A stretch of 64,000 nt of DNA from Actinomadura craniellae (lineage in GTDB: Bacteria > Actinomycetota > Actinomycetes > Streptosporangiales > Streptosporangiaceae): assembly GCF_003289645.1 (NCBI RefSeq), contig NZ_QLYX01000008.1, positions 208,147 to 272,146 on the forward strand, written 5' to 3'. The translations under genes were made by a program, and so were the position numbers. Under the pieces are notes generated by a model that was not told the origin of the DNA, made no database searches, and saw only the letters and a list, made by a program, of their open reading frames with translations. Shown one piece after another: positions 44,160-53,641 of this stretch (the first letter of the stretch is position 1; each line of letters opens with the position of its first letter).

Positions 44160-45350
44160 ATGAATTCGCGAGCGAGAAGGCGCATGTTCCTGGCCGCGGC
44201 AGCGGCCGGGGCCGCGCTTTCCACCGCAGGACCGGCCTCGGCGTCGACGCTGGTGCCCGAACCCGAGCCCGGGCACCAGCAGGGGCCGTACTACCAGTTC
44301 CAGCCCTACCAGGGCCACCACCAGCCGATGCAGCCCTTCCAGGGGCCGTTCACGCACCAGGCGCCCGAGCAGTACCAGTTCCAGCCGTACCAGTTCCAGC
44401 AGGAGCAGCGCCCGCGGCACGGCCACCAGCCAGGGCACTCCCCGCAGCCCTACGGGCCGACGGCGCACCACCAGCCGGCGAACCAGCACCGGCCGGGGGA
44501 GTACCCGGAGCCCTCGATCTACCTCATCTCGCAGCCGGACCTGATGGACCTGCTGGGCTTCCAGCAGCCGTCACACGCACAGCGCCCGGAGGAGCGGCCG
44601 CGGCACGAGGCCGGACCGCACGGCCCGCAGCACGGCCACGGCCCGCGAGGCGAGCACGGCCCGCGGGGCGAGCACGGTGAGCATGGCCCGAAGGATGGCC
44701 ACGGCGAGCACGGCGAGCAGGGTGGCCACGGTCCGCACGGCGAGCACGGCCCGAGGGACGAGCATGGCCCGAACGATGGCCACGATGGTCGCGATGGGCA
44801 TGGTCCGCAGGGCGGTCACGGCCCGCGGGATGGCCACGGTGAGCATGGGCCGCACGATGGCCGTGATGGGCATGGTCCGCAGGGCGGCCACGGCCCGCGG
44901 GACGGCCACGGTGAGCACGGTCCGCAGGGCGAGCACGGTCCGCGAGGTGAGCACGGCCCGCACGATGGGCGCGGTGAGCATGGTCCGCGGGGCGGCCACG
45001 GCCCGCGGGACGGCCACGGTGAGCACGGCCCGCAGGGTGGCCACGGTGAGCACGGCCCGCAGGGTGGCCACGGTGAGCACGGCCCGCAGGGTGGCCACGG
45101 TGAGCACGGCCCGCAGGGTGGCCACGGTGAGCACGGCCCGCAGGGTGGCCACGGTGAGCACGGCCCGCAGGGTGGCCACGGTGAGCACGGCCCGCAGGGT
45201 GGCCACGGTGAGCACGGCCCGCAGGGTGGCCACGGTGAGCACGGCCCGCAGGGCGGCCACGGTGAGCACGGCCCGCAGGGCGGCCACGATGGGCATGGTG
45301 AGCACGGCCCGCAGGGGCCCGGGGAGCAGCAGGGCCCCGAGCAGGATTGA
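44160..45350 (+). CDS. Secreted His/Gly-rich repetitive protein (probable metal-binding)
   Basis: Signal peptide [28 protein letters not shown]. Gln/Pro/His-rich N-terminal part, then about 30 GHG/EHG units including 9 perfect GGHGEHGPQ repeats. Confidence 0.75.
   Translation: MNSRARRRMFLAAAAAGAALSTAGPASASTLVPEPEPGHQQGPYYQFQPYQGHHQPMQPFQGPFTHQAPEQYQFQPYQFQQEQRPRHGHQPGHSPQPYGPTAHHQPANQHRPGEYPEPSIYLISQPDLMDLLGFQQPSHAQRPEERPRHEAGPHGPQHGHGPRGEHGPRGEHGEHGPKDGHGEHGEQGGHGPHGEHGPRDEHGPNDGHDGRDGHGPQGGHGPRDGHGEHGPHDGRDGHGPQGGHGPRDGHGEHGPQGEHGPRGEHGPHDGRGEHGPRGGHGPRDGHGEHGPQGGHGEHGPQGGHGEHGPQGGHGEHGPQGGHGEHGPQGGHGEHGPQGGHGEHGPQGGHGEHGPQGGHGEHGPQGGHGEHGPQGGHDGHGEHGPQGPGEQQGPEQD
45010..45295 (+). repeat. 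Perfect 27-bp tandem repeat (GGTGGCCACGGTGAGCACGGCCCGCAG), about 10 copies, inside the HG-rich CDS
   Basis: Direct inspection; in-frame coding repeats. Confidence 0.9.
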
Positions 45351-45631
45351 CGTCCAGGGGCGGCAGGCTCGTTGAGCCCGGCCTTCCGCGCCGGCACCGG
45401 TGACGGCGAAGTCCACCGGTGGACCGGCTGCACGGGCCGGCTTCGAGTAAGCCGACCCCTGGGAGCGCCGCTTCGGCGGCGCGTGCGGGACCGGCCGGCG
45501 GATGCGGCCGGTTCCGGGGGAACTCCGCGGTGCCGGTTCGGAAGACTCGGCGTTCCGGTGACAACCGGCCACTGCGGCGGTGCCCGTGCGGACCGTCACG
45601 TGCCCTGCGGTCCGCACGGGCGCCTCCCCGC

Positions 45632-46843
45632 CTACTTCGGTGGGCGGGGGTGCGCCAGGACGGCCGGCCAGACCGTGAACAGGGCGGCGAGCATCGCGAA
45701 ACCACCCGTTACGACCGCGGCGTCCGCGGTGGCGGGGAACGGCGACAGCGCCACTCCGACCGCGATCGGCACGGCGAGCAGCGCCGTCCAGCCCCACAGG
45801 ATCGCCCGCCCGCGCGGGCGGGGGTAGAACAGGGACTCCTGGACCGGGACGGGGAGCGCCAGCAGGGCCGCCCCCGCGTACCCCACCCCGGGCAGGGACA
45901 GGGCGGCACCCGCGCCCAGCAGCACCGCACCCGACCCCAGGGCGGTGACGGAGATGCCGGCGGCCCGCCGTTCCGCACGTCCGATCAGGTCCCGGTGCCG
46001 CGGGTCGGCCCGCAGCCGCAGCGCCAGGTAGGTCTCGGTCACCGCCAACGCCCAGAACCCGAGGGTGAGCAGCAGGACGAGCAGGGTGACGAGCGGGATC
46101 ACCGCGCCGAGCGCCAGCGTCAGCAGGACCCGTCCGCGCGACGCCTCCCGCAGCCCGGCGAGCCGGTACAGGATCCGGTGGCAGGGGTTGCGCAGTTTCA
46201 GCGAGAGCAGCAGCAGCCACCGGCCGGGGGTCCAGCCGGGGTCGAGCCGCAGCGCCTCCCGGAACGCCTCCGCCGCCGTCCGGGGGTCGCCGCCGGCCAG
46301 GGCGGCCCGCCCGTACGCGATGTGCGGCAGCGGCGTCTCGGGGTCGAGCCGGACCGCCTCGGCCGCGGCGGCCAGCGCCCCCGGCGCCCCGGAGACCTCG
46401 GCGAGCGAGACGCTGAGCAGGCTGGTCAGCGCGCTGTCCTGCGGGTCGTGGCGCAGCCCCTCCTGGGCGGCCTGGGCGGCGGGCCACCACTCGTGCAGGC
46501 TCATGTGGATCCGGGAGACCAGCTCCCAGGCCGACGGCCGGGTCGGGTCGATCGCCAGCGCGGTGCGGGCGGCGTGCAGGGCGTCGTGCGGGCGGTCCCG
46601 GCGCCGCAGCACCAGGGCCGCCACGTAGTGCGGGTACCAGTGGTCGGGGGAGAGCCGGACCGCCTCGTTCGCCGCGGCCAGCGCGGCGTCGAGGGAGCCG
46701 ACCTCCGTCAGCGCGTACGCGAGCAGCGCGTGCGCCATCGGCTGCTGCGGGTCGCGCGCCAGGATCTCGCGCAGTTCCCGTTCGGCGGCTTCGGGGCGGC
46801 GCAGCCGCAGCAGCGTCCGGGCCCGTTCGAGGGTGTCGCTCAC
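45632..46843 (-). CDS. TPR-repeat protein with C-terminal multi-TM domain
   Basis: GTG start overlapping (GTGA) the stop of the AAA gene. TPR-like repeats, then 5-6 TM helices. Upstream part of the 588-aa ORF rejected. Confidence 0.6.
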   Translation of the reverse strand: MSDTLERARTLLRLRRPEAAERELREILARDPQQPMAHALLAYALTEVGSLDAALAAANEAVRLSPDHWYPHYVAALVLRRRDRPHDALHAARTALAIDPTRPSAWELVSRIHMSLHEWWPAAQAAQEGLRHDPQDSALTSLLSVSLAEVSGAPGALAAAAEAVRLDPETPLPHIAYGRAALAGGDPRTAAEAFREALRLDPGWTPGRWLLLLSLKLRNPCHRILYRLAGLREASRGRVLLTLALGAVIPLVTLLVLLLTLGFWALAVTETYLALRLRADPRHRDLIGRAERRAAGISVTALGSGAVLLGAGAALSLPGVGYAGAALLALPVPVQESLFYPRPRGRAILWGWTALLAVPIAVGVALSPFPATADAAVVTGGFAMLAALFTVWPAVLAHPRPPK

Positions 46844-48150
46844 CGCCGGTCCAGCCAGGGGCGCAGCTCGTCCCAGACCCCGCTCTCGTTGGAGTGCATC
46901 ACGTAGTTGCGGGCGGTGGCCAGCCATTCGCGCACCACGCTGGGCCGGACGGCCTTCGCCGCGGCCAGCAGGTCGGCGGTGTGCAGTGGCAGCGGGTGCC
47001 CGGCCCGCAGCGACTCGTGCAGCTTGGCTTCGACCGCGCGGTCCACGATGCCGGCCAGGTCGGCGCCGACGAACCAGTCGGTGGCCTTGGCGACCTGGAG
47101 GAAGTCGAGTTCGCCCAGCGGTTTGTCCCGTAGCTGGAGGGCGAGGATCGCGGCCCGGGCGTGCAGGTCGGGCGGCGGCACGAACACCATCTGGTCGAAC
47201 CGGCCGGGCCGCCGGAACGCCACGTCGATGTACCAGGGGGCGTTGGTGGCGGCCAGCACCAGCACCCCCTCGTTGGCCTCGTCGTCCACCCCGTCCAGCT
47301 CGGCCAGGAACTGGTTGACGATCTGCCGGTTGTGCGCCGCCCGCATGTCGGCGCGGCGGGCGGCCAGCGCGTCCACCTCGTCGAAGAACAGGACGCACGG
47401 CCGGCGGGCGCGGGCCTGCTCGAATATCGCCTTCAGGTTGCGCTCGCTGGACCCGACGTACATGTCGAGGATGTCGGCGAGCCCGACGTCGATGAACGCG
47501 GCGCCCAGTTCGCCGGCCGCGGCCCGGGCCAGGTGCGTCTTGCCGCAGCCCGGCGGGCCGTACAGCAGGACTCCGCCGCCGGCCCGCTTGCCGTAGGCGG
47601 CGAACAGTTCGGGCCGCTGCACGGGTAGCAGCAGCTTCATCCGCAGAGTCTCCTTGACCGCCTCCATTCCCGCCACGTCGGCGAAGGTGGTGCGTGGCCG
47701 CTCGGTCTCCGCGGCGATCTCGACGGGCGGGGCCTGCACCGGTAGCGGTTCGGCGACCCCCGGGACGAGCCGGGCGGCCAGTTCGGGGTCGGCCAGGGAC
47801 GGGTCCGCCGCGAGGGCCGTCCAGTACCGCTGGTTGGCGGCGCCCAGGTCGCCCTCGGCGACCAGTGCCCGGGCCGCGACCACCCCGGCGCGGGGCGGCA
47901 GGTCGGGCAGCGACTCCAGCGCGGCCAGCGCCGCGCCGTGCTTGCCCTGCCGGACGAACGCCTCGGCCAGGCCCGTGACGATGCCGGCGTCTCCGGGGGC
48001 GAGGAGCAGGGCCGCCTGGAACTCGGTCTCGGCCTCGGCGAGGAGGCCGGCCGTCAGCAGCCGTTCCGCCAGCAGCCGCCGCAACGGGGGGTTGTCGGGC
48101 GACAGGCGGGCCGCCTCGCGCAGCGCGTCCAGCGCGGCAGCGTCGGTCAC
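46840..48150 (-). CDS. TPR + classic AAA (CDC48/FtsH-type) ATPase
   Basis: GTG 48150 with AAGGAG RBS; Walker A GPPGCGKT, Walker B FFDEVD, second region of homology. The N-terminal 470 aa of the 906-aa ORF are a shadow of capA. Confidence 0.8.
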   Translation of the reverse strand: MTDAAALDALREAARLSPDNPPLRRLLAERLLTAGLLAEAETEFQAALLLAPGDAGIVTGLAEAFVRQGKHGAALAALESLPDLPPRAGVVAARALVAEGDLGAANQRYWTALAADPSLADPELAARLVPGVAEPLPVQAPPVEIAAETERPRTTFADVAGMEAVKETLRMKLLLPVQRPELFAAYGKRAGGGVLLYGPPGCGKTHLARAAAGELGAAFIDVGLADILDMYVGSSERNLKAIFEQARARRPCVLFFDEVDALAARRADMRAAHNRQIVNQFLAELDGVDDEANEGVLVLAATNAPWYIDVAFRRPGRFDQMVFVPPPDLHARAAILALQLRDKPLGELDFLQVAKATDWFVGADLAGIVDRAVEAKLHESLRAGHPLPLHTADLLAAAKAVRPSVVREWLATARNYVMHSNESGVWDELRPWLDRR

Positions 48151-48261
48151 GGGTTCCGGCTCCTTCGGCTCGGGGGGTGAGGCGTCCAGTCTCCGGGATG
48201 ACGGGCCCGGCCCGGAACCGGGTGCGCCCGCCGGTATGGCGGGCAGGGCCGTGACGAGGGG

Positions 48262-49239
48262 GTGATTTCGATGGCGACGATCGCGCTGGCGGGCGACACG
48301 ATGCTGGGACGTGGGGTGGCGGCCCGGCTGGTCGCGGATCCCGCGGCCGAACTGTTCTCCGCCGGGGTCCGCGACCTCCTGGCGGCGGCCGACCTGACGG
48401 TGCTCAACCTCGAATGCTGCATTTCGGGCCGGGGCGAGCCGTGGCCGGAGCGGCGGTTCCACTTCCGGGCGCCGCCGCGGGCGGCGGAGGCGCTGGCCGC
48501 GCTGGGGGTCGGCTGCGTCACGCTGGCCAACAACCATGCCCTGGACTTCGGCTTCGACGCGCTCGCCGACACCCTCGACGGGTTGCGGCGGGCGGGGGTC
48601 CGCACGGTCGGCGCCGGCCCCGATCTGGCCGCGGCCCGCGCCCCCGCGATCCTGGCGGCCGGGGGGACCCGGGTGGCGGTGCTGGGGCTGACCGACCACC
48701 CTGCGGACTACGCCGCCGCGCCGGACCGGCCGGGGGTCGCCCACGCGGACCTGTTCTCCGGTGTCCCGGGCTGGGCGGCCGAGGAGATCCGGCGGCTGCG
48801 CGGCGACGCCGAGGTCGTGCTCGTCACCCCGCACTGGGGGCCGAACATGACCGCCGACCCGCTGCCGTACGTGCGCGCCGCCGCGGCGGACCTGGTCGGC
48901 GCGGGGGCGACGCTGGTCGCGGGTCACTCCGCGCACGTATTCCACGGTGTGACCGGCCGGGTCCTCTACGACCTGGGCGACTTCATCGACGACTACGCGG
49001 TGGACCCGCGGCTGCGCAACGATCTCGGCCTGCTGTTCCTGGTCACGCTGGACGGGGCCGGCCCGCCCGAGGTGCGGGCGGCGCCGCTGGCCCTGGACTA
49101 CGGCCGGACGCGGCTGGCGGAGGGGGCCGAGCGGGAGTGGGTCCGGACCCGGTTCGCCACGGCGTGCGCGGCGCTGGGGGCGGCGCGGGTGGTGGAGGAG
49201 GACGGCCTGCTGGCGGTCCGACCCACCGAGCAGACATAA
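48262..49239 (+). CDS. CapA/PGA_cap family metallophosphatase-like protein
   Basis: LAGDTMLGRG, NLECC, LANNHALDFG, TPHWGPN motifs. Confidence 0.8.
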   Translation: MISMATIALAGDTMLGRGVAARLVADPAAELFSAGVRDLLAAADLTVLNLECCISGRGEPWPERRFHFRAPPRAAEALAALGVGCVTLANNHALDFGFDALADTLDGLRRAGVRTVGAGPDLAAARAPAILAAGGTRVAVLGLTDHPADYAAAPDRPGVAHADLFSGVPGWAAEEIRRLRGDAEVVLVTPHWGPNMTADPLPYVRAAAADLVGAGATLVAGHSAHVFHGVTGRVLYDLGDFIDDYAVDPRLRNDLGLLFLVTLDGAGPPEVRAAPLALDYGRTRLAEGAEREWVRTRFATACAALGAARVVEEDGLLAVRPTEQT

Positions 49240-49306
49240 AGGACATTTCCCTGCATTAGTCCCCGACCAGCGGGGACGTTCTGGAAAGAGCATCAAGGGG
49301 GCTGTC

Positions 49307-49564
49307 ATGAAGGCCAAAGACTGGACCATCCAGATCCACATCAGCGAAGAGGACCCGACCACCGTGGCCCGGGCCGTGCTGTCCACCGACGGGACGATGC
49401 GGGCCACCGGCGTCGGCCGGGCCCGCCGCAACCCGGCCGACCGCGAGGTCCCGGAGATCGGCGACGAACTCGCGGTCGCCCGCGCGCTGGCCGACCTGGC
49501 CGGCCGCCTGCAGAGCGTCGCGGGGCAGGACATCGCCCAGTTCACCGGTTCCGCCAGCACCTGA
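49307..49564 (+). CDS. DUF1876 domain protein
   Basis: About 85 aa with conserved ARRNPAD...IGDELAVARAL pattern; AAGGGGG RBS. Confidence 0.6.
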   Translation: MKAKDWTIQIHISEEDPTTVARAVLSTDGTMRATGVGRARRNPADREVPEIGDELAVARALADLAGRLQSVAGQDIAQFTGSAST

Positions 49565-49942
49565 CGGAACCGCCATAGACCACCGCGCGGGGATCATCGC
49601 CCGTCCCGCGCGCGGGCCACCGGCAGGTGCCGGCTACGCGGTGACGGGCGTCCCGCGTCGCCCGTCTTGTGCGCGGGCCACCGTCCAGGAGACCCGGCCT
49701 CGGCGCCGGGTGACCAAGCCTGTCCCGCGCGTGCGGGCCGCCGCGCGGTTCCGGCTTGCGCGGAAGCGGGCGGAGTTTCGGCGGTGCGTTATTCGGATCG
49801 GCCTGCGTGGTGAAAGGGGTTCGGGACCGGGCCGGAACCGCGTGCGGGTCTCCAACGTTGGCCGTTCAGATATGTGACGCCCGTAGTTACTACGCATATG
49901 CCATGATGCGGGCACCCATCGGGCCGCCCCAAAAGGAGGATC

Positions 49943-50182
49943 ATGACTGCCGAACCGATCGAGCACGGCCTTTCCACCGCGTTCCGGCGAGTGGACGCGG
50001 ATGGCGACGGCAAGCTCGATCTAATGGGCTTCACCATGATTCTGGAGGAACTGGGCCTGTCCTGGGCGCGGCACGAGACGCAGGACCGCTTCGAGACGGC
50101 CGACACCGACCGCGACGGCCTGATCTCCTTCGCCGAGTTCCAGGTCCTCATCGAGACCAACGGCTGGTCCCGCCACCTCTGA
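49943..50182 (+). CDS. Small EF-hand calcium-binding protein (two EF hands)
   Basis: DADGDGKLD and DTDRDGLISFAEF loops; AAAAGGAGGA RBS. Confidence 0.8.
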   Translation: MTAEPIEHGLSTAFRRVDADGDGKLDLMGFTMILEELGLSWARHETQDRFETADTDRDGLISFAEFQVLIETNGWSRHL

Positions 50183-50187
50183 AGCCC

Positions 50188-50394
50188 TCAGGAGGTGGGC
50201 CCGACGTCCTGCGGCTGCTCCTCGCTCTCGGGTTCCGCCGGTTCGCCCCGGCGTAGCTCCTCGGGCAGGTCCGGGTCGTCCGCCGGGACGTCCCTCGGCA
50301 CGACTCGCCGCCCGCTCGGCGTCATGGCCTCGCCCCCGGAGCGCTCCGCCACCGTGTCGCTCTCGGCCCGCAGCCCGTCGTCGTCGTGTTTCAT
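50188..50394 (-). CDS. Small acidic hypothetical protein
   Basis: High GC3, but no homology recognised; low confidence. Confidence 0.3.
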   Translation of the reverse strand: MKHDDDGLRAESDTVAERSGGEAMTPSGRRVVPRDVPADDPDLPEELRRGEPAEPESEEQPQDVGPTS

Positions 50395-50622
50395 GCCGAT
50401 CCTCTCTCAGCCGGTCGTCGTCCCCCATGCCCTTCGTCGGCTCCGTTACGCGGCGATTCGATCACGTCGTGACGCGCGTCCTCATCTGATGAACAAATCT
50501 CGCGGTGTGCGGGCGCACATTAGGTAGAACACATAAGCTCGTCTTCACCGTCCGGGACGGGATCGGCACCCGCCGCTTCCCCCGGCGGCGCGATCGGTGC
50601 CCTCTCACCCCCGTGGAAGGCC

Positions 50623-51195
50623 ATGTACTCCAACAGGGAACAGAGCCCGCCCCAGCCGGCGTGTCCGGCCTCGACGAGCGACGTGCGCCGGATCGTGGTC
50701 GAGGCGGTGAGCGACACCCGGTTCTCCGCCCAGCCCGCCTCCGGCCAGGGCCATCTGGACGTCTACCTCGCCTTGCTTCAAGACAGCCTGCCCGTCTACG
50801 TGGGCGTGATGTCCGACCTGCTCGGACAGGCCGGGCAGGCGACCGTGCGCGGGAACCTGACCACCGCCGCGCAGGTGACCATCGACTTCTACCGGTCCCT
50901 CTTCCCCGCCAAGCTGCCGGTCCTCGCCAGCCCCGCGCAGCTCATCCGGCTCCGCCAGGTGATGCGGGCGGGCGGGTTCGGCCCGGAGCGGGGCGACGAG
51001 GCCATCGCCGACTACCTGCGCAGGGAACAGAAGCTGGGCAGGGTCGGGCCGGACGTGGACCCCCTGGCCGTCGCCCGGCTGCTGACCGGCGGATGCCTCG
51101 GCTACGTGTACAACATGACGCTGATGGGCGGCGACGACCTGCCGTCCGGCGAGGAGTACGCCGCCGGCATCGCGCACGGGCTCCGGCTCGACTAG
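50623..51195 (+). CDS. Hypothetical protein resembling a TetR-family C-terminal (ligand-binding) domain without a recognisable HTH
   Basis: High GC3; all-alpha pattern; no N-terminal HTH motif. Confidence 0.45.
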   Translation: MYSNREQSPPQPACPASTSDVRRIVVEAVSDTRFSAQPASGQGHLDVYLALLQDSLPVYVGVMSDLLGQAGQATVRGNLTTAAQVTIDFYRSLFPAKLPVLASPAQLIRLRQVMRAGGFGPERGDEAIADYLRREQKLGRVGPDVDPLAVARLLTGGCLGYVYNMTLMGGDDLPSGEEYAAGIAHGLRLD

Positions 51196-52052
51196 CCCGG
51201 CAGTTTGAGGTCCTTGCTGGCCTGGTCGAAGTCGTCCGCCCAGATCCACAGCCGGTGGGACGGCGGGACCTCGAAGTAGCCGTGCGGCCCGACCACCCGC
51301 AGGTTGCGCAGGTCGACGCAGATGCGCTGGAAGGCGCCGGCGGCAGTCTCCGCCGGGTCCTCCATCTTGGCGACGCCGAGCTTGACGCAGGCGCGGTACT
51401 CGTAGGCGAGCAGCAGGTCCTCGCCGAACTCGGCCCACATGCCCCGCCGCCCGTCCCAGGCGCGGGCGGCCTCGTCGATCAGCAGGTTCAGGTCCCGGTC
51501 GTGCGGCAGGGACGGGTAGATCAGGAACATGGCGCCCCAGCCGGAGGCGACCATGTCCAGGTTGAACGTGCGCCGTCCCGGATCGTCCGGCGGCGGCAGC
51601 GGATCGACGTTGCCGCCCTCGTACCAGGGGGCGACGTAGGCGAGCATCCGCCCGTAGCGGTCGATCACCTCTCCGGTGGGGATCACGGCGGTCCGGCGGC
51701 GCCGCCCGTTGGGTCGGGTGAGCCGGCGGTCCTGGAGCGCCTCGAACTCCGCGCTCGCCAGGGTGGCGGCGGTGATGTGCCGCTCGGCGGCGTCCGGGGT
51801 GAGCCGGGAGATCAGGTACTCGCGCAGGTCCTCCGGGAGCATGGCGTAGGTCCCGTCGGCGAGCCGGGCCCGGCACCGGTCCAGGGTGTGCTGCGCGGTC
51901 GGCGGCGCCCCCGCGTAGGCGGCCTTCTCCGGGGTGTCGACCGACACCATGCGGATCGGCTGCTCGATGACCGGGGTGTCCCCGTCGGACGTGCGGGCCA
52001 GTCGCCGGGGCGAGGCCGGCCGGCTTACCCGAGGAAAGTGGAAGGTGACCAT
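51192..52052 (-). CDS. Staphylococcal-nuclease (SNase/thermonuclease)-like protein
   Basis: SDGDTPV...IRMVSVDTPE matches the SNase Ca-site/active-site pattern (DGDT...R..G.D.PE). Confidence 0.5.
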   Translation of the reverse strand: MVTFHFPRVSRPASPRRLARTSDGDTPVIEQPIRMVSVDTPEKAAYAGAPPTAQHTLDRCRARLADGTYAMLPEDLREYLISRLTPDAAERHITAATLASAEFEALQDRRLTRPNGRRRRTAVIPTGEVIDRYGRMLAYVAPWYEGGNVDPLPPPDDPGRRTFNLDMVASGWGAMFLIYPSLPHDRDLNLLIDEAARAWDGRRGMWAEFGEDLLLAYEYRACVKLGVAKMEDPAETAAGAFQRICVDLRNLRVVGPHGYFEVPPSHRLWIWADDFDQASKDLKLPG

Positions 52053-52143
52053 GCCGTCCCCCTTGGCTGGTATGCACCGATATTTCAGGTGATACCCACC
52101 CAAAGGAAACCCGAGGTGAACGCCGCTGACCGGGTACGGCCAC

Positions 52144-53319
52144 TCACCCCCCGGCGCGGATCACCCGCTCCACGTGATCACTCTCCAGGACCCGCCGCCC
52201 CCAGTAAGGGCCGGCGGCGTTCAGCTTGTGCGTCAGCTTGACGATCAGCTGCCGGTCCTGCTCGGGAGTCTGCCCACCGGAGCGGACGAGCTGGGTGTAG
52301 CGGACGGTGTCCACGATGGCGGACTTCATCCGCTCATGCGCCAGGTACGTCTCCAGATCGGCCTGCCAGCCGCGAACGGCGTCCACCGGCATGACCCGCG
52401 CCCACCGCTGCAGCAGGGCGTGCCGCTCGTCGTCGAAATAGGCCATCTTGTGCAGGTGGACGGCCATCTCGTACACCGGGTCGCCCCACAGCGCCAGCTC
52501 CCAGTCCAGGAAGACGGTACGCCCCCCGGACACGATCATGTTCTTGCGGTGCACGTCGGAATGCACCAGCCGGAACGGCCGCCGCCCCAGCGTGTCCCAC
52601 CGCACCGGCGCCAGCGGCGCCCCCGGTATCCCCAGCCGCCGGAACTCCACCGCGTAGTCGTGCCGGAAGGTCTCGTACACCTCCCCGGTGGTCGCCGACA
52701 GCCGCCGCGCGAAGGCGGCCGTGTCCCCGTCGCCGGGCCAGTCGCCGGGCACCTCCGGCAACTCCCGCAACGGCACGTCCAGCAACCGCCGGAACAGCTC
52801 CGCCACGTCCTCCACCACGTGGACCGGCACCCGCGTCCCGCGCGGCGCGAGTTCGTCGAGCAGAGTCCCATCAACGAACTCGTGCACCTGAAAGGCGGGC
52901 TCCGTCGAAACGAACAGCAATCGCGGAGCACGACTGCCCCTCCCACCCCCGGCACGCTCCGGCTCCGCAAGCTCACCCACCGAAGATGCGCCGCGGGTGA
53001 TCCTTCGGGATTCGGGGTGCTCCGGCGCCTCGAACCCTGATGGATCATGCTCCAGGTGGGGAGCGATGGCGGCCAGGACCTCATGTTCGGGCCAGATCCG
53101 CAGGTCCATGCCATCCGCCCCGGCGATGGGCGTCCGGACCAGCAGGTCGCCGATTCGCACGTTGCGGTTGTAGAAACCACAGGCAGCCTCGGGAGACCGT
53201 GCGGCCGCCGCGTACAGCTCGGCCGGATCCAGTCCGAACAGCTCGGCAGCGTGGGTGGTGGAGGTCTTGTCCGGATTGCGCCGAGCACCATCCGGCACCA
53301 TGGGCGATTGCTCCTGCAC
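52144..53319 (-). CDS. Aminoglycoside/choline-kinase-type phosphotransferase (APH family)
   Basis: Brenner motif HSDVHRKNMIV; DWELALWGD. Contains an in-frame low-complexity segment coincident with a degenerate GATCCTTCGG repeat unit. Confidence 0.75.
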   Translation of the reverse strand: MQEQSPMVPDGARRNPDKTSTTHAAELFGLDPAELYAAAARSPEAACGFYNRNVRIGDLLVRTPIAGADGMDLRIWPEHEVLAAIAPHLEHDPSGFEAPEHPESRRITRGASSVGELAEPERAGGGRGSRAPRLLFVSTEPAFQVHEFVDGTLLDELAPRGTRVPVHVVEDVAELFRRLLDVPLRELPEVPGDWPGDGDTAAFARRLSATTGEVYETFRHDYAVEFRRLGIPGAPLAPVRWDTLGRRPFRLVHSDVHRKNMIVSGGRTVFLDWELALWGDPVYEMAVHLHKMAYFDDERHALLQRWARVMPVDAVRGWQADLETYLAHERMKSAIVDTVRYTQLVRSGGQTPEQDRQLIVKLTHKLNAAGPYWGRRVLESDHVERVIRAGG

Positions 53320-53641
53320 TCAGAGTCATGACTGCAAGACACATACCGGAGCGGCTTCGGCCGTACCCGCCTTTTGAACGCTCGGCCAGCGTGTAGTCGG
53401 AGGGTGGCCGACGCCGTCCGGACGTGGCGGTGCCGTGCCGGCTCGTGACACCGCGGAGATGGCCGGTGACGGTGAACGCCGGTCGGCTCCTTGAGGTCGT
53501 CCGCCGGGATGGCCTGGTGGGGCCGTTAAAACCCCGGAGGCGGGCGCTAAGGAGCCGTCAAGGATCCGCTCGTCCCCGCGGGATCGGCGTTTCACTCGTG
53601 GGGTGCTCCCCGGGAGGAGCGCCGGTCCCGAGGAGGTAGCC

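Noticed and set aside
44990-45300. Possible CRISPR array (regular 27-bp repeats)
   Set aside because: The repeats are contiguous with no spacers, lie in frame inside a signal-peptide-bearing CDS, and encode GGHGEHGPQ. No cas genes are present.
46840-49560. 906-aa ORF for the TPR-AAA protein
   Set aside because: The N-terminal about 470 aa are the reverse shadow of capA (48262..49239). The real start is GTG 48150 with an AAGGAG RBS, giving a 436-aa TPR-AAA protein.
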